Origin: an uncultured Actinomycetota bacterium
Lineage (GTDB): Bacteria; Actinomycetota; Actinomycetes; Actinomycetales; CAVURS01
Assembly: GCA_963795385.1 (NCBI GenBank)
Contig: CAWCHK010000012.1
Span: forward strand, 2,443 to 66,442
Reading direction: 5' to 3'
Length of the DNA: 64,000 bases
Below, piece after piece: positions 18,096 through 26,155 of this stretch. The number at the start of each line of letters is the position of its first letter. The first letter of the stretch is position 1. The notes beneath the pieces are model-generated. The model had not been told where the DNA came from. It worked only from the letters and a program-made list of their open reading frames with translations, and ran no database searches. A program made the position numbers and the translations under genes.

Positions 18096-19906
18096 GCGGC
18101 ATCCGCCTCACGTTCCGGTTGGCCGCGCGGGACCTGCGCCGGCGGGCCACCGAGACCCTGTTGCTCCTGGCCGCCCTCGCCGTCGCGGCCACGACCATGA
18201 CCATCGGGCTCGTGCTGCACGGGCAGACCGCTACGGCGTACGCCGAGACCCGTCAGCAGACGGCCGGGCCGGACGTGGTCGCCAGCGTGATCCCCGCCCC
18301 CGGCCACCAGGTGAGCCCGGCCGACCTGTCCCGCCTCGCGTCGATCGGCGAGCGACCCGAGGTGGCGGCCGGCAGCCCGGCCTTCCCGATGACCTGGACC
18401 GCGATCGACGCGGGAGGAGTCAAGGGCGTGGCCGAGGTGCAGGGGCGCGACGCCACCGCCTCGCCGGTCGACCGGCCCCGGGTCGTCAGCGGCCACTGGG
18501 TCAGCGCCGACGGGATCGTCCTGGAGCGCGCCTTCGCGCAGGCGCTGGGAGTCCGCGCCGGCGAGACCGTCGAGCTGGCGGGCGAACGCGTGCCGGTGGT
18601 CGGGATCGCCGTCTCCGCTGCGCTGCCGCCCTATCCCCAGCTGTGCACGGTCGGCTGCATCCTCGACCGGCCGGACTGGTTCACCGCGCAGCCGGGCCTG
18701 GTCTGGGCGACCCGGTCCCGCGCCGGCGCGCTGGCCTCGCCCACCGAGCCGCTGGTCTGGGTCCGCTACCTGAGGCTGGACGACCCGGCTGCGGCGCCGG
18801 CGTTCGCGAACCGCTTCGGCGACGAGGGGCCCCCGAGCGGACGCCCGTTCCTCGACCCGTGGCAGGAGATCGCCGGCCGCCAGGCGGAGCAGCTCGCCTC
18901 CGAGCGCGCGGTCGTCGTGTTCGGCAGCACCCTGCTCGTCGTCCTGGCCCTGGCCACCCTCGTGGTGCTGGTCGGTGGCCGGATGACCGACGACGTACGC
19001 CGCGTGGGCACCCTCAAGGCGGCCGGCGCGACCCCCGGGTTCGTTGCCCGGCTGCTGCTGGCGTCGTACCTGGTGGTCGGTCTGGTGGCCGCCCTGCTCG
19101 GGCTGGTCACCGGACGCCTCCTCGCCCCCCGGCTGGTGACTCGCAGCGCGGGCCTGCTCGGCCGCCTCGGCGGGACCTCCGTGTCCCTGACCGACGGGCT
19201 GGTCGTGACCGGCAGCATCCTGGCGATCGTCGTGACCGCGAGCGTCGTCCCGGCGTTGCGAGCGGCCCGGACGAGCACCGTGCGGGCGCTCGCCGACGCT
19301 GGGCGCGGGCCGCGCAGGGGCCGGCTGCTCGTCGCGTGGTCGGCTCGACTGCCCGCGCCGGCACTGCTCGGCCTGCGGCTGGCCGGACGCCGGCCCCGGC
19401 GCGCCGCGCTGACGACCCTGTCGATCGCCGTTGCGGTGTGCGGCAGCGTCGTCGCGCTCTTTGCGCAGGCCAGCCTGAGCGCCGAGCGCGGCAGCGCCGG
19501 CGGGCCCGCCGATCCGCAGGCCGCCCAGCTGCGCGCCGTGATGCTGGCGGTCACCGGGCTGCTGGCCGTCATGACCGCGGTCAACCTGGTCTTCGTGACC
19601 CGGGCCAGCGCGGTCGAGGCTCGCCGCGCACTCGCCGTCGCGCGAACCTTGGGTGCCTCGCCGGCCGAGACCGCGGCCGGCCTCGGGATCGCCCAGCTGG
19701 TCCCGTCCGTCATCGGGCTGGTTCTCGGAACGGTCTGCGGGTTCGCCGTCTTCCGCGCGCTGTCCGTGTCACACCCCGTGGCGCCCCCGCCGGAGCAGCT
19801 GGCCGCCCTCGGGCTGCTCACCCTGGTCCTCGTCGTGCTGCTGACGGCGATCCCGGCCCGGCTGGAGGCCCGCCGCCCCATCGCGCGCACCCTGCGCGAG
19901 ACCTGA
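18092..19906 (+). CDS. FtsX-like ABC transporter permease
   Basis: RRVGTLKAAGAT and ALAVARTLGAS FtsX-type loops, TM segments. Confidence 0.85.
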   Translation: MSGIRLTFRLAARDLRRRATETLLLLAALAVAATTMTIGLVLHGQTATAYAETRQQTAGPDVVASVIPAPGHQVSPADLSRLASIGERPEVAAGSPAFPMTWTAIDAGGVKGVAEVQGRDATASPVDRPRVVSGHWVSADGIVLERAFAQALGVRAGETVELAGERVPVVGIAVSAALPPYPQLCTVGCILDRPDWFTAQPGLVWATRSRAGALASPTEPLVWVRYLRLDDPAAAPAFANRFGDEGPPSGRPFLDPWQEIAGRQAEQLASERAVVVFGSTLLVVLALATLVVLVGGRMTDDVRRVGTLKAAGATPGFVARLLLASYLVVGLVAALLGLVTGRLLAPRLVTRSAGLLGRLGGTSVSLTDGLVVTGSILAIVVTASVVPALRAARTSTVRALADAGRGPRRGRLLVAWSARLPAPALLGLRLAGRRPRRAALTTLSIAVAVCGSVVALFAQASLSAERGSAGGPADPQAAQLRAVMLAVTGLLAVMTAVNLVFVTRASAVEARRALAVARTLGASPAETAAGLGIAQLVPSVIGLVLGTVCGFAVFRALSVSHPVAPPPEQLAALGLLTLVLVVLLTAIPARLEARRPIARTLRET

Positions 19907-19929
19907 CCGGGACACGGACCCGAGGAGGG

Positions 19930-20673
19930 CTAGAGCCGCCCGGACTGGACGACGCGGCTCAGGAACTGCTGGGTCCGCGGCTCGCGCGGGTTCTCGAAGA
20001 TGTCCTGGGCCGACCCGCGCTCGAGGATCGAGCCGTTGTCGAGGAAGCACACCTGGCTGGCGACCTCCTTGGCGAAGCCCATCTCGTGAGTGGCGAGGAG
20101 CATGGTCAGGCCCCCGTGGGCCAGCTCGCGAACGATCTCCAGCACGTCGCCGACCAGCTCGGGGTCCAGGGCCGCGGTGATCTCATCGAGCAGCATCACC
20201 CGCGGCTGCATGGCCAGCGCCCGGACGATCGCGACCCGCTGCTGCTGGCCGCCGGAGAGGCTGTCCGGATAGGCCTTGGCCTTCTCCGCCATCCCCACCG
20301 ACTCCAGGAGCCGCATGCCGCGCTCCTCGGCCTCGTTGCGGTTCAGGCCAGCGACGCCGACCGGCGCCAGGGTGACGTTCTTGAGCACCGACATGTGCGG
20401 GAAGAGGTTGTAGCTCTGGAAGACGATGCCGACGTCCCGGCGCAGCGCGTTCAGGTCGACACCGGCGCCGGTGACCGTGTCGCCGTCGATCCGGATCTCC
20501 CCGCTGTCGATGCCCTCCAGGGCGTTGACGCAGCGCAGCAGCGTGGACTTGCCGGAGCCGGAGGCGCCGATCAGGCAGACCACCTCGTGCCGCTCGACGT
20601 CGAGCGAGACGCCCTTGAGCACCTCGTTGTGGCCGAACGACTTGTGGACGTCGTCGATCTCCAGGAAGGCCAT
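19930..20673 (-). CDS. Polar amino-acid ABC transporter ATP-binding protein (GlnQ-like)
   Basis: GASGSGKS, FQSYNLFPH, LSGGQQQR, DEITAALDPE, THEMGFA. Confidence 0.92.
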   Translation of the reverse strand: MAFLEIDDVHKSFGHNEVLKGVSLDVERHEVVCLIGASGSGKSTLLRCVNALEGIDSGEIRIDGDTVTGAGVDLNALRRDVGIVFQSYNLFPHMSVLKNVTLAPVGVAGLNRNEAEERGMRLLESVGMAEKAKAYPDSLSGGQQQRVAIVRALAMQPRVMLLDEITAALDPELVGDVLEIVRELAHGGLTMLLATHEMGFAKEVASQVCFLDNGSILERGSAQDIFENPREPRTQQFLSRVVQSGRL

Positions 20674-21770
20674 CAGCCGCCCGCCCTTCGCGCCGCGTCA
20701 CGGTTGATCAGGGCGTCGACGAAGCGGGCCTGGGGGATCGTGATGATGATGAAGAACGCCGCGGCCAGGGTCACTGGCGACAGGTTGAACAGCTTGCTCT
20801 GCCAGAGCGTGGCGGTCAGGACCACCTCGGCGATGCTGGCCGTGGACAGCAGCGCCGTGTCCTTCTGCAGGCTGATGAAGTCGTTCAGCAGCGGCGGGAT
20901 GACCCGGCGGATCGCCTGCGGCACCAGAACCTTTCGCAGTGTCTGGGCATAGCTCAGCCCGAGCGACCTCGCGGCTGCGCTCTGGCTGGGATGGATCGAG
21001 GCCAGGCCGGCCCGGTAGACCTCCGCGACGTACGCCGTGTAGGTCAGGGTCAGCGCGACGATGCCGAGCCAGGCGATCGGCCAGGACGCCGTGGCCGGGA
21101 ACGCCAGGGGCGCACCGAACACGACCAGCAGGATGACGACGATCGCCGGCACCGCCCGGAAGACGTCGCAGTAGACGAGCGCGATCACGCGCAGGGGCGC
21201 ACCGGCCCGGCCGGGCAGCATCCGCATGATCGCCACCAGCAGGCCCAGCAGCAGGATCAGGATCTCGGACACCACGGCGACCCAGATGTTGGTCCAGAAC
21301 GCCCGGATCATCTCTGGGAAGGCCTTGCCCCACGCGCTGGACGTGAAGAACGTGTGGGCGATGCCGCCGTCGTTGGCCAGGGCCATCAGGAGCAGCCCGG
21401 CCACGATGATCGCGGCCGCGGAGTACCCCATCGCGATCTGGGCCTCCTCGCGGCCGGCGGCCGAAGCCCGCCGGGCCGGGACGAGCTGGTCGTCGTGGAG
21501 CAGTGCGGCCCGCTGACGGGCACCCGAGAACGACTGCGCCGCAGGCGACAGCGGGTAGAGGGCCAGCAGCACGAGGACAACGCCGATGATCGTGGCCAGG
21601 GCGTTGTGGTGGTTGTAGTCGCGGATCTTCAACGCCGCAAGGACCATCAGCACGATGCCCACGACGGCCATCGCCAGGCCGGCCACCGCGAACGGGATGA
21701 CCGGCCGCGGCGGGCTCGGGGTCGGACTGGGCTGGAGCTCGTCGGTGACCAGGCTGCTCGAGGCAGTCAT
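20673..21770 (-). CDS. Polar amino-acid ABC transporter permease (N-terminally extended)
   Basis: AYVAEVYRAG..SI...Q..AARSLGL, PQAIRRVIPPLLNDFISLQKDTAL. Confidence 0.9.
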   Translation of the reverse strand: MTASSSLVTDELQPSPTPSPPRPVIPFAVAGLAMAVVGIVLMVLAALKIRDYNHHNALATIIGVVLVLLALYPLSPAAQSFSGARQRAALLHDDQLVPARRASAAGREEAQIAMGYSAAAIIVAGLLLMALANDGGIAHTFFTSSAWGKAFPEMIRAFWTNIWVAVVSEILILLLGLLVAIMRMLPGRAGAPLRVIALVYCDVFRAVPAIVVILLVVFGAPLAFPATASWPIAWLGIVALTLTYTAYVAEVYRAGLASIHPSQSAAARSLGLSYAQTLRKVLVPQAIRRVIPPLLNDFISLQKDTALLSTASIAEVVLTATLWQSKLFNLSPVTLAAAFFIIITIPQARFVDALINRDAARRAGG

Positions 21771-21780
21771 GGTGCGCCGG

Positions 21781-22674
21781 CTACTTGATCGTCCAGACCG
21801 GCACGGCCGACGGGTCGCCGCCGAACGCCGGCCCGAGGTAGCTCTTCGACAGCCCGTTCAGGGTGCCGTCACCGATCATCGTCTGGATGCCCTGGTTGAG
21901 CGCAGCCTCGTTGGCCGAGCCCTTGGGGAAGATCGCGCCGTACTTCTCACCGGTCGAGTACTGGCCGACGACCTCCAGCCTGCCGCCCGTGGACTTGGCC
22001 TCGGCCAGCACGATGGCGGTGTCCAGGAAGTCCGCGTCGACCTGACCCGAGAGCAGGCCCTGGTAGAGCGTCTGCGAGTTCGGGTAGACCTTCGCGTTGC
22101 ACTTCAGCTGGTCCTTGATGAAGGGGACCGACGTCGTGCCCGCGTAGGCCGCGCACTTCTTGCTCTTGATGTTGTCCTGGGTGACGCCGCCGCCCTTCTT
22201 CACCAGCACGCCGATGTTGGAGTCGAAGTAGGGGGTCGAGAAGTCGACGACCTTGGCCCGCTCCGGGGTGATCGAGATCTCGGCCAGCGCGATGTCGAAG
22301 GTGTTGGTGCGGCCGGCAACCAGCTGGTCGAAGGACACGTTCTTGACCGTCACCGACTTCAAGCCGGCCATGTTGGCGAGCTCGGCCGCCATGCAGTACT
22401 CGTAGCCGTCCTTGATCGACTGCGGCGTGGTGCCGTTCCACCAGCCCTGGGCCGGCAGCGTGGTCTCGACCGTCAGGGTCCCCGCCTTGGCCGGCGTGAG
22501 CTTGATGCTCCCGGTCTTGCTGGTGATCTTGCAGTTGCCGTAGCTGGCCTTGCTTCCGGATCCCGAACCGCCTGATCCCGAGCCGCTGGATCCCGAGCTC
22601 GAGCCGCCGCAGGCTGCCAGAGCCAGGGGTACGGCCAGTACGCAGGTCAGTGCCAGGGTTCGCGTGAGACGCAT
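21781..22674 (-). CDS. Amino-acid ABC substrate-binding lipoprotein
   Basis: Signal peptide with LAAC lipobox, Gly/Ser linker, ISITPERAKVVDFSTPYF. Confidence 0.9.
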   Translation of the reverse strand: MRLTRTLALTCVLAVPLALAACGGSSSGSSGSGSGGSGSGSKASYGNCKITSKTGSIKLTPAKAGTLTVETTLPAQGWWNGTTPQSIKDGYEYCMAAELANMAGLKSVTVKNVSFDQLVAGRTNTFDIALAEISITPERAKVVDFSTPYFDSNIGVLVKKGGGVTQDNIKSKKCAAYAGTTSVPFIKDQLKCNAKVYPNSQTLYQGLLSGQVDADFLDTAIVLAEAKSTGGRLEVVGQYSTGEKYGAIFPKGSANEAALNQGIQTMIGDGTLNGLSKSYLGPAFGGDPSAVPVWTIK

Positions 22675-22796
22675 GTGGAGCCTTTCTTCGCGGGCGGGGG
22701 ACCCGTCGCGGTCAGTGTGTCCTTCCCGCAGGCTTCCTGTCCGGACCGGCCGCGTCAAGGACATCGGCTCCGATCCAACAAATCGTGACCCGGCCT

Positions 22797-23639
22797 TCAT
22801 TCGACGATCTCGCGGCGGATCGCGAGCCCCAGCTGGCGCATCCCGTCCAGGACGACGTCCAGGACATCTCCGTCATCTCCCTCAGGGTCATCGGCCTCCC
22901 AGTTGGCGATGACCGCGTACGCCAGCCGCCCGCCAGGTCCGGAGACCGTCCCGACGTCCGCGCGGATGCCCCGGTCGGTACCGGTCTTGTTGAGGAGGCT
23001 GACCGCCCGGCCGGCCGGATGGGCGAGGGGGTCGAGCCCGAAGGCGGATGCGACGAGCGAGAGATCCACCCCCAACGAGAGCCAGTCGCGGAGCTGGGCC
23101 GAGACGTCGACGCCGATGAGGGTCCCGCCGGCGACCTCGGCCATCAGGCGCGAGAGCTCCTGCGAATCCCCGCGCGAGAGGGTCGGGGCGTGCTCGGGCC
23201 GGCGATCGTCCCGCACCCGATCGAGGAGCTTGGTGGCCCGGAGGCCGAGGCGCCGGCCGGCCTCGTCGACCTCCGCGAGGCCTACCGCCTCGAGCAGGAT
23301 GTTGGTGGCCAGGTTGTCGCTGACGCTCGCCACCAGGACGGCCAGGTCCTTGACACTGAGCCGCTCGACGCTCAGGTGCTGCAACAAGCCGGAGTCGGCG
23401 ACCGGCTCGATCCCGTTGCGGCCCAGCGTCTCGTCGCCGTACTCCGGGGAGGCCGCACAGCGCCGCGCCACCTCGATCAGCAGCAGGAGCTTGCCGACAC
23501 TGGCCGTCGACAGGGTCTCGGCGGGGTCGTGGCTGGCCCGGACCGCACCCTGCGGACCCCGCAGGCAGATCGACCATCGGGGGCGGGCGTCTCGTTCGGC
23601 GACGGCTCGTACCGCCGCCTGCAGCGACCCGCTGGACAT
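22797..23639 (-). CDS. Class A beta-lactamase-fold serine hydrolase, no signal peptide
   Basis: ASVGK (SxxK), SDN and KTG motifs; TACGAT -10 six nt before the ATG (leaderless). Confidence 0.82.
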   Translation of the reverse strand: MSSGSLQAAVRAVAERDARPRWSICLRGPQGAVRASHDPAETLSTASVGKLLLLIEVARRCAASPEYGDETLGRNGIEPVADSGLLQHLSVERLSVKDLAVLVASVSDNLATNILLEAVGLAEVDEAGRRLGLRATKLLDRVRDDRRPEHAPTLSRGDSQELSRLMAEVAGGTLIGVDVSAQLRDWLSLGVDLSLVASAFGLDPLAHPAGRAVSLLNKTGTDRGIRADVGTVSGPGGRLAYAVIANWEADDPEGDDGDVLDVVLDGMRQLGLAIRREIVE

Positions 23640-23655
23640 CAGGCGATCGTAGGGC

Positions 23656-23683
23656 TTGACTCTAGATTATAACTTTGTATTCT
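23656..23683 (+). promoter_or_regulatory. SigA-type promoter with GntR/HutC-like operator
   Basis: TTGACT-N16-TATTCT; AT-rich GATTATAAC (TTATAA core) in the spacer. Confidence 0.6.
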
Positions 23684-23698
23684 TCGCTCGTGCCTTCC

Positions 23699-24469
23699 GT
23701 GACCGCCATCGAGGACCGCCTCGCGGCCGGGGTCCAGCGGCACAGCCCCGTCCCACTGCACCACCAGATCAAGATCGCTGTCCTGCAAGGGATCGAGCAG
23801 GGGTGGCTGCGGCCCGGGGAGCAGCTGCCCCGGGAGCGCCAGCTGGCCGAGGCGCTGGGCGTCAGCCTCGCCCCCGTGCGACAGGCGATGTTGGACCTCA
23901 GCAAGGAGGGCTACGTCGACCGGACGCGAGGCAAGGGCACCTTCGTCCGCGAGCGCAAGCTGGTGGAGAAGATCCAGATCCTCGGCAGCTTCCACGCGTC
24001 GATGGAGCGACAGGGCCTGCACCCCAAGGTCACCGTGCTGTCGAGCTCGGTCGTCTCCGCCCCGGAGGAGGTCGCCGCGGCCCTGTCCCTGCGCGGCCGG
24101 TCGGTCTGGTGCCTGCGCCGGCTGGCCACCCTCGACGACACCCCGCTGGCGCTGCTCACCGCGTGGCTCCCCGCCCGCTACGCGCGCGGCATGACGGCGA
24201 GGGACCTCGGCACCGGCTCGCTGTACGACGCGCTCGCGGAGGTGCACGGGGTCGACATGACCTCGGCCGACAACCTGGTCGAGGTGGGCCGGGCGGGCCT
24301 GGACGACGCCGAGCTGCTCGGTCTCACACCGGGATCGCCGCTCCTGCGCGTCGTCGGCATCACCCGCAGCCAGGCCGGCCGGACGGTCGAGTACTCCGAC
24401 GTCCTCTACCGCCCGGAGCAGTTCCGGTTCGCCATCGAGAGCACGGCCCCTGCACGGCCCCTGCACTGA
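23699..24469 (+). CDS. GntR family regulator, HutC/UTRA subfamily
   Basis: PLHHQIK..LP.ERQLA..LGVS..PVRQA...GKGTFV plus UTRA domain; start codon approximate. Confidence 0.9.
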   Translation: MTAIEDRLAAGVQRHSPVPLHHQIKIAVLQGIEQGWLRPGEQLPRERQLAEALGVSLAPVRQAMLDLSKEGYVDRTRGKGTFVRERKLVEKIQILGSFHASMERQGLHPKVTVLSSSVVSAPEEVAAALSLRGRSVWCLRRLATLDDTPLALLTAWLPARYARGMTARDLGTGSLYDALAEVHGVDMTSADNLVEVGRAGLDDAELLGLTPGSPLLRVVGITRSQAGRTVEYSDVLYRPEQFRFAIESTAPARPLH

Positions 24470-24481
24470 CCTGGAGGAGAA

Positions 24482-26155
24482 ATGGCTAACGAGGTCTCCC
24501 TGCCCTCGGACTTCGCCGAAGGTGGACAGCTCTTCGTCCGGAACGCGACCGGCCTGGTCCGGGAGGTCTCCAAGTGGGACGCCCTGATCATGAACAGCCT
24601 GGGCATGAACGTTGCCCTCGGTGCGGTGTTCCTCCTGCTGCAGGCCCCGGGCAACTTCCCCGGCGGCAGCATGCTGCTCGCGATCGTCATCGGGACGCTG
24701 GTGATGGCGTTCACGCTCCTCTGGGTCTACGCCGAGTTCGCCGGCGCGATGCCGCGGTCGGGTGGTGACTACGTCTTCGTGAGCCGCACCCTGCACCCGG
24801 TCGTCGGGTGGCTGCTCTCGTGGAGCCAGGGCATGTGGCTGATCTTCTTCTGGATCGGCTTCAACGCCTGGTTCGCCCTGACCTTCGCCGTGCCGGTCAC
24901 GTTCACCACCATCGGTGCAGTCACCGGGCACACCGGGTTCATCGACGCCAGCAACTCGCTGCTGGCCGAGCACACGGTGGCCGGCATCACGACCCAGTGG
25001 TGGGTCATCCTGTTCGGCGCACTCCTGACCTTCGGGTTCTGCGCCGTCCTGATCTACGGCTCGCAGTCCTACTGGCGGCTGCAGAAGTGGCTCTTCGGCC
25101 TGGCCGGGCTCTGCCTCCTGCTCGTGGCCGGGCTGCTGCTCTTCCGCGGTGGCCAGGTCGCCGAGTCGTGGAACCAGTTCGCCAGCGCCAACAAGGGCCT
25201 GGCCTACGAGAACGTCGTCAGCACGGCCAAGTCGGCCGGGTTCGGCGGCACCAAGGGCTTCAGCCTCACGGCCACGATCCTGATGCTGCCGTGGGTGTTC
25301 TTCGTCGTCGGCTACGCGCAGGGCTCGGCCCAGATCGGCGGCGAGGTCAAGCGGGCCAGCCGCACGCAGTACTTCGCGATGGTCGGTGGCGTGCTGATCA
25401 ACGGCTTCGTGCTCGCGCTGATCGTGCTGCTCTACAAGCACACGGTCGGCAACACGTGGGGGAGCAGCCTCTCCTACCTGAACAACACGGCGCCGGACAA
25501 GCTCGCCCTGCCGGGTGGCCTGCCACCGAGCATCGTGCTGATGGGGAGCATGCTGACCGGCAGCGTTCCTCTGCTCCTGCTGATCGGCGTCGGCTTCGTC
25601 CTCTGGGCCCTGATGGGGACGCCGCTGTCGACGCTGCAGGCCACGCGCTACATGCTCGCCTGGTCGCTGGACCGCACGGTGCCCCAGCAGCTCGGTGAGG
25701 TCAACGACAAGTACCACACGCCGGTCAAGGCGATCCTGCTCTGCGGCGTCACCGGCGTCATCGCGCTCATCGCCCTGGTCCGGATTCCCCAGGCCAGCCT
25801 GCTCGGCGCGTTGCTCGCCCAGATCGTCGCCTTCATCGTGGTCAGCATCGCCGGGATCGTCTTCCCCTACCGGCTCCCCCAGATCTGGGAGGGCGGCGGC
25901 GGGCGGCGCATCCTCGGCGTGCCCGCGGTGACGCTGGCCGGGATCGGTGGCGTCATCGCCCTCGGCGGGTTGATGATCATGTTCATCGCCAACGACACCG
26001 TGAACGCGACCTTCGCCGTGACGCGGGGCATCTCGCTGAAGTTCATGATCGGCGTCATCGTCGTAGGAGCCATCTGGTACGCCGCGAGCTGGACGCTCAA
26101 CAAGCGTCGCGGCGTCGACCTGGCCCTCGCCTACCGGGAGATCCCGCCGGAGTGA
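24482..26155 (+). CDS. APC-family amino acid/polyamine permease
   Basis: LFVRNATGLVREVS, MPRSGGDYVFVSR, RYMLAWSLDR, C-terminal YREIPPE; many TM segments; GGAGG RBS. Confidence 0.88.
   Translation: MANEVSLPSDFAEGGQLFVRNATGLVREVSKWDALIMNSLGMNVALGAVFLLLQAPGNFPGGSMLLAIVIGTLVMAFTLLWVYAEFAGAMPRSGGDYVFVSRTLHPVVGWLLSWSQGMWLIFFWIGFNAWFALTFAVPVTFTTIGAVTGHTGFIDASNSLLAEHTVAGITTQWWVILFGALLTFGFCAVLIYGSQSYWRLQKWLFGLAGLCLLLVAGLLLFRGGQVAESWNQFASANKGLAYENVVSTAKSAGFGGTKGFSLTATILMLPWVFFVVGYAQGSAQIGGEVKRASRTQYFAMVGGVLINGFVLALIVLLYKHTVGNTWGSSLSYLNNTAPDKLALPGGLPPSIVLMGSMLTGSVPLLLLIGVGFVLWALMGTPLSTLQATRYMLAWSLDRTVPQQLGEVNDKYHTPVKAILLCGVTGVIALIALVRIPQASLLGALLAQIVAFIVVSIAGIVFPYRLPQIWEGGGGRRILGVPAVTLAGIGGVIALGGLMIMFIANDTVNATFAVTRGISLKFMIGVIVVGAIWYAASWTLNKRRGVDLALAYREIPPE

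Noticed and set aside
22555..22610. GGATCCCGA-like short repeats
   Set aside because: They encode the Gly/Ser linker of the lipoprotein; not a CRISPR or mobile repeat
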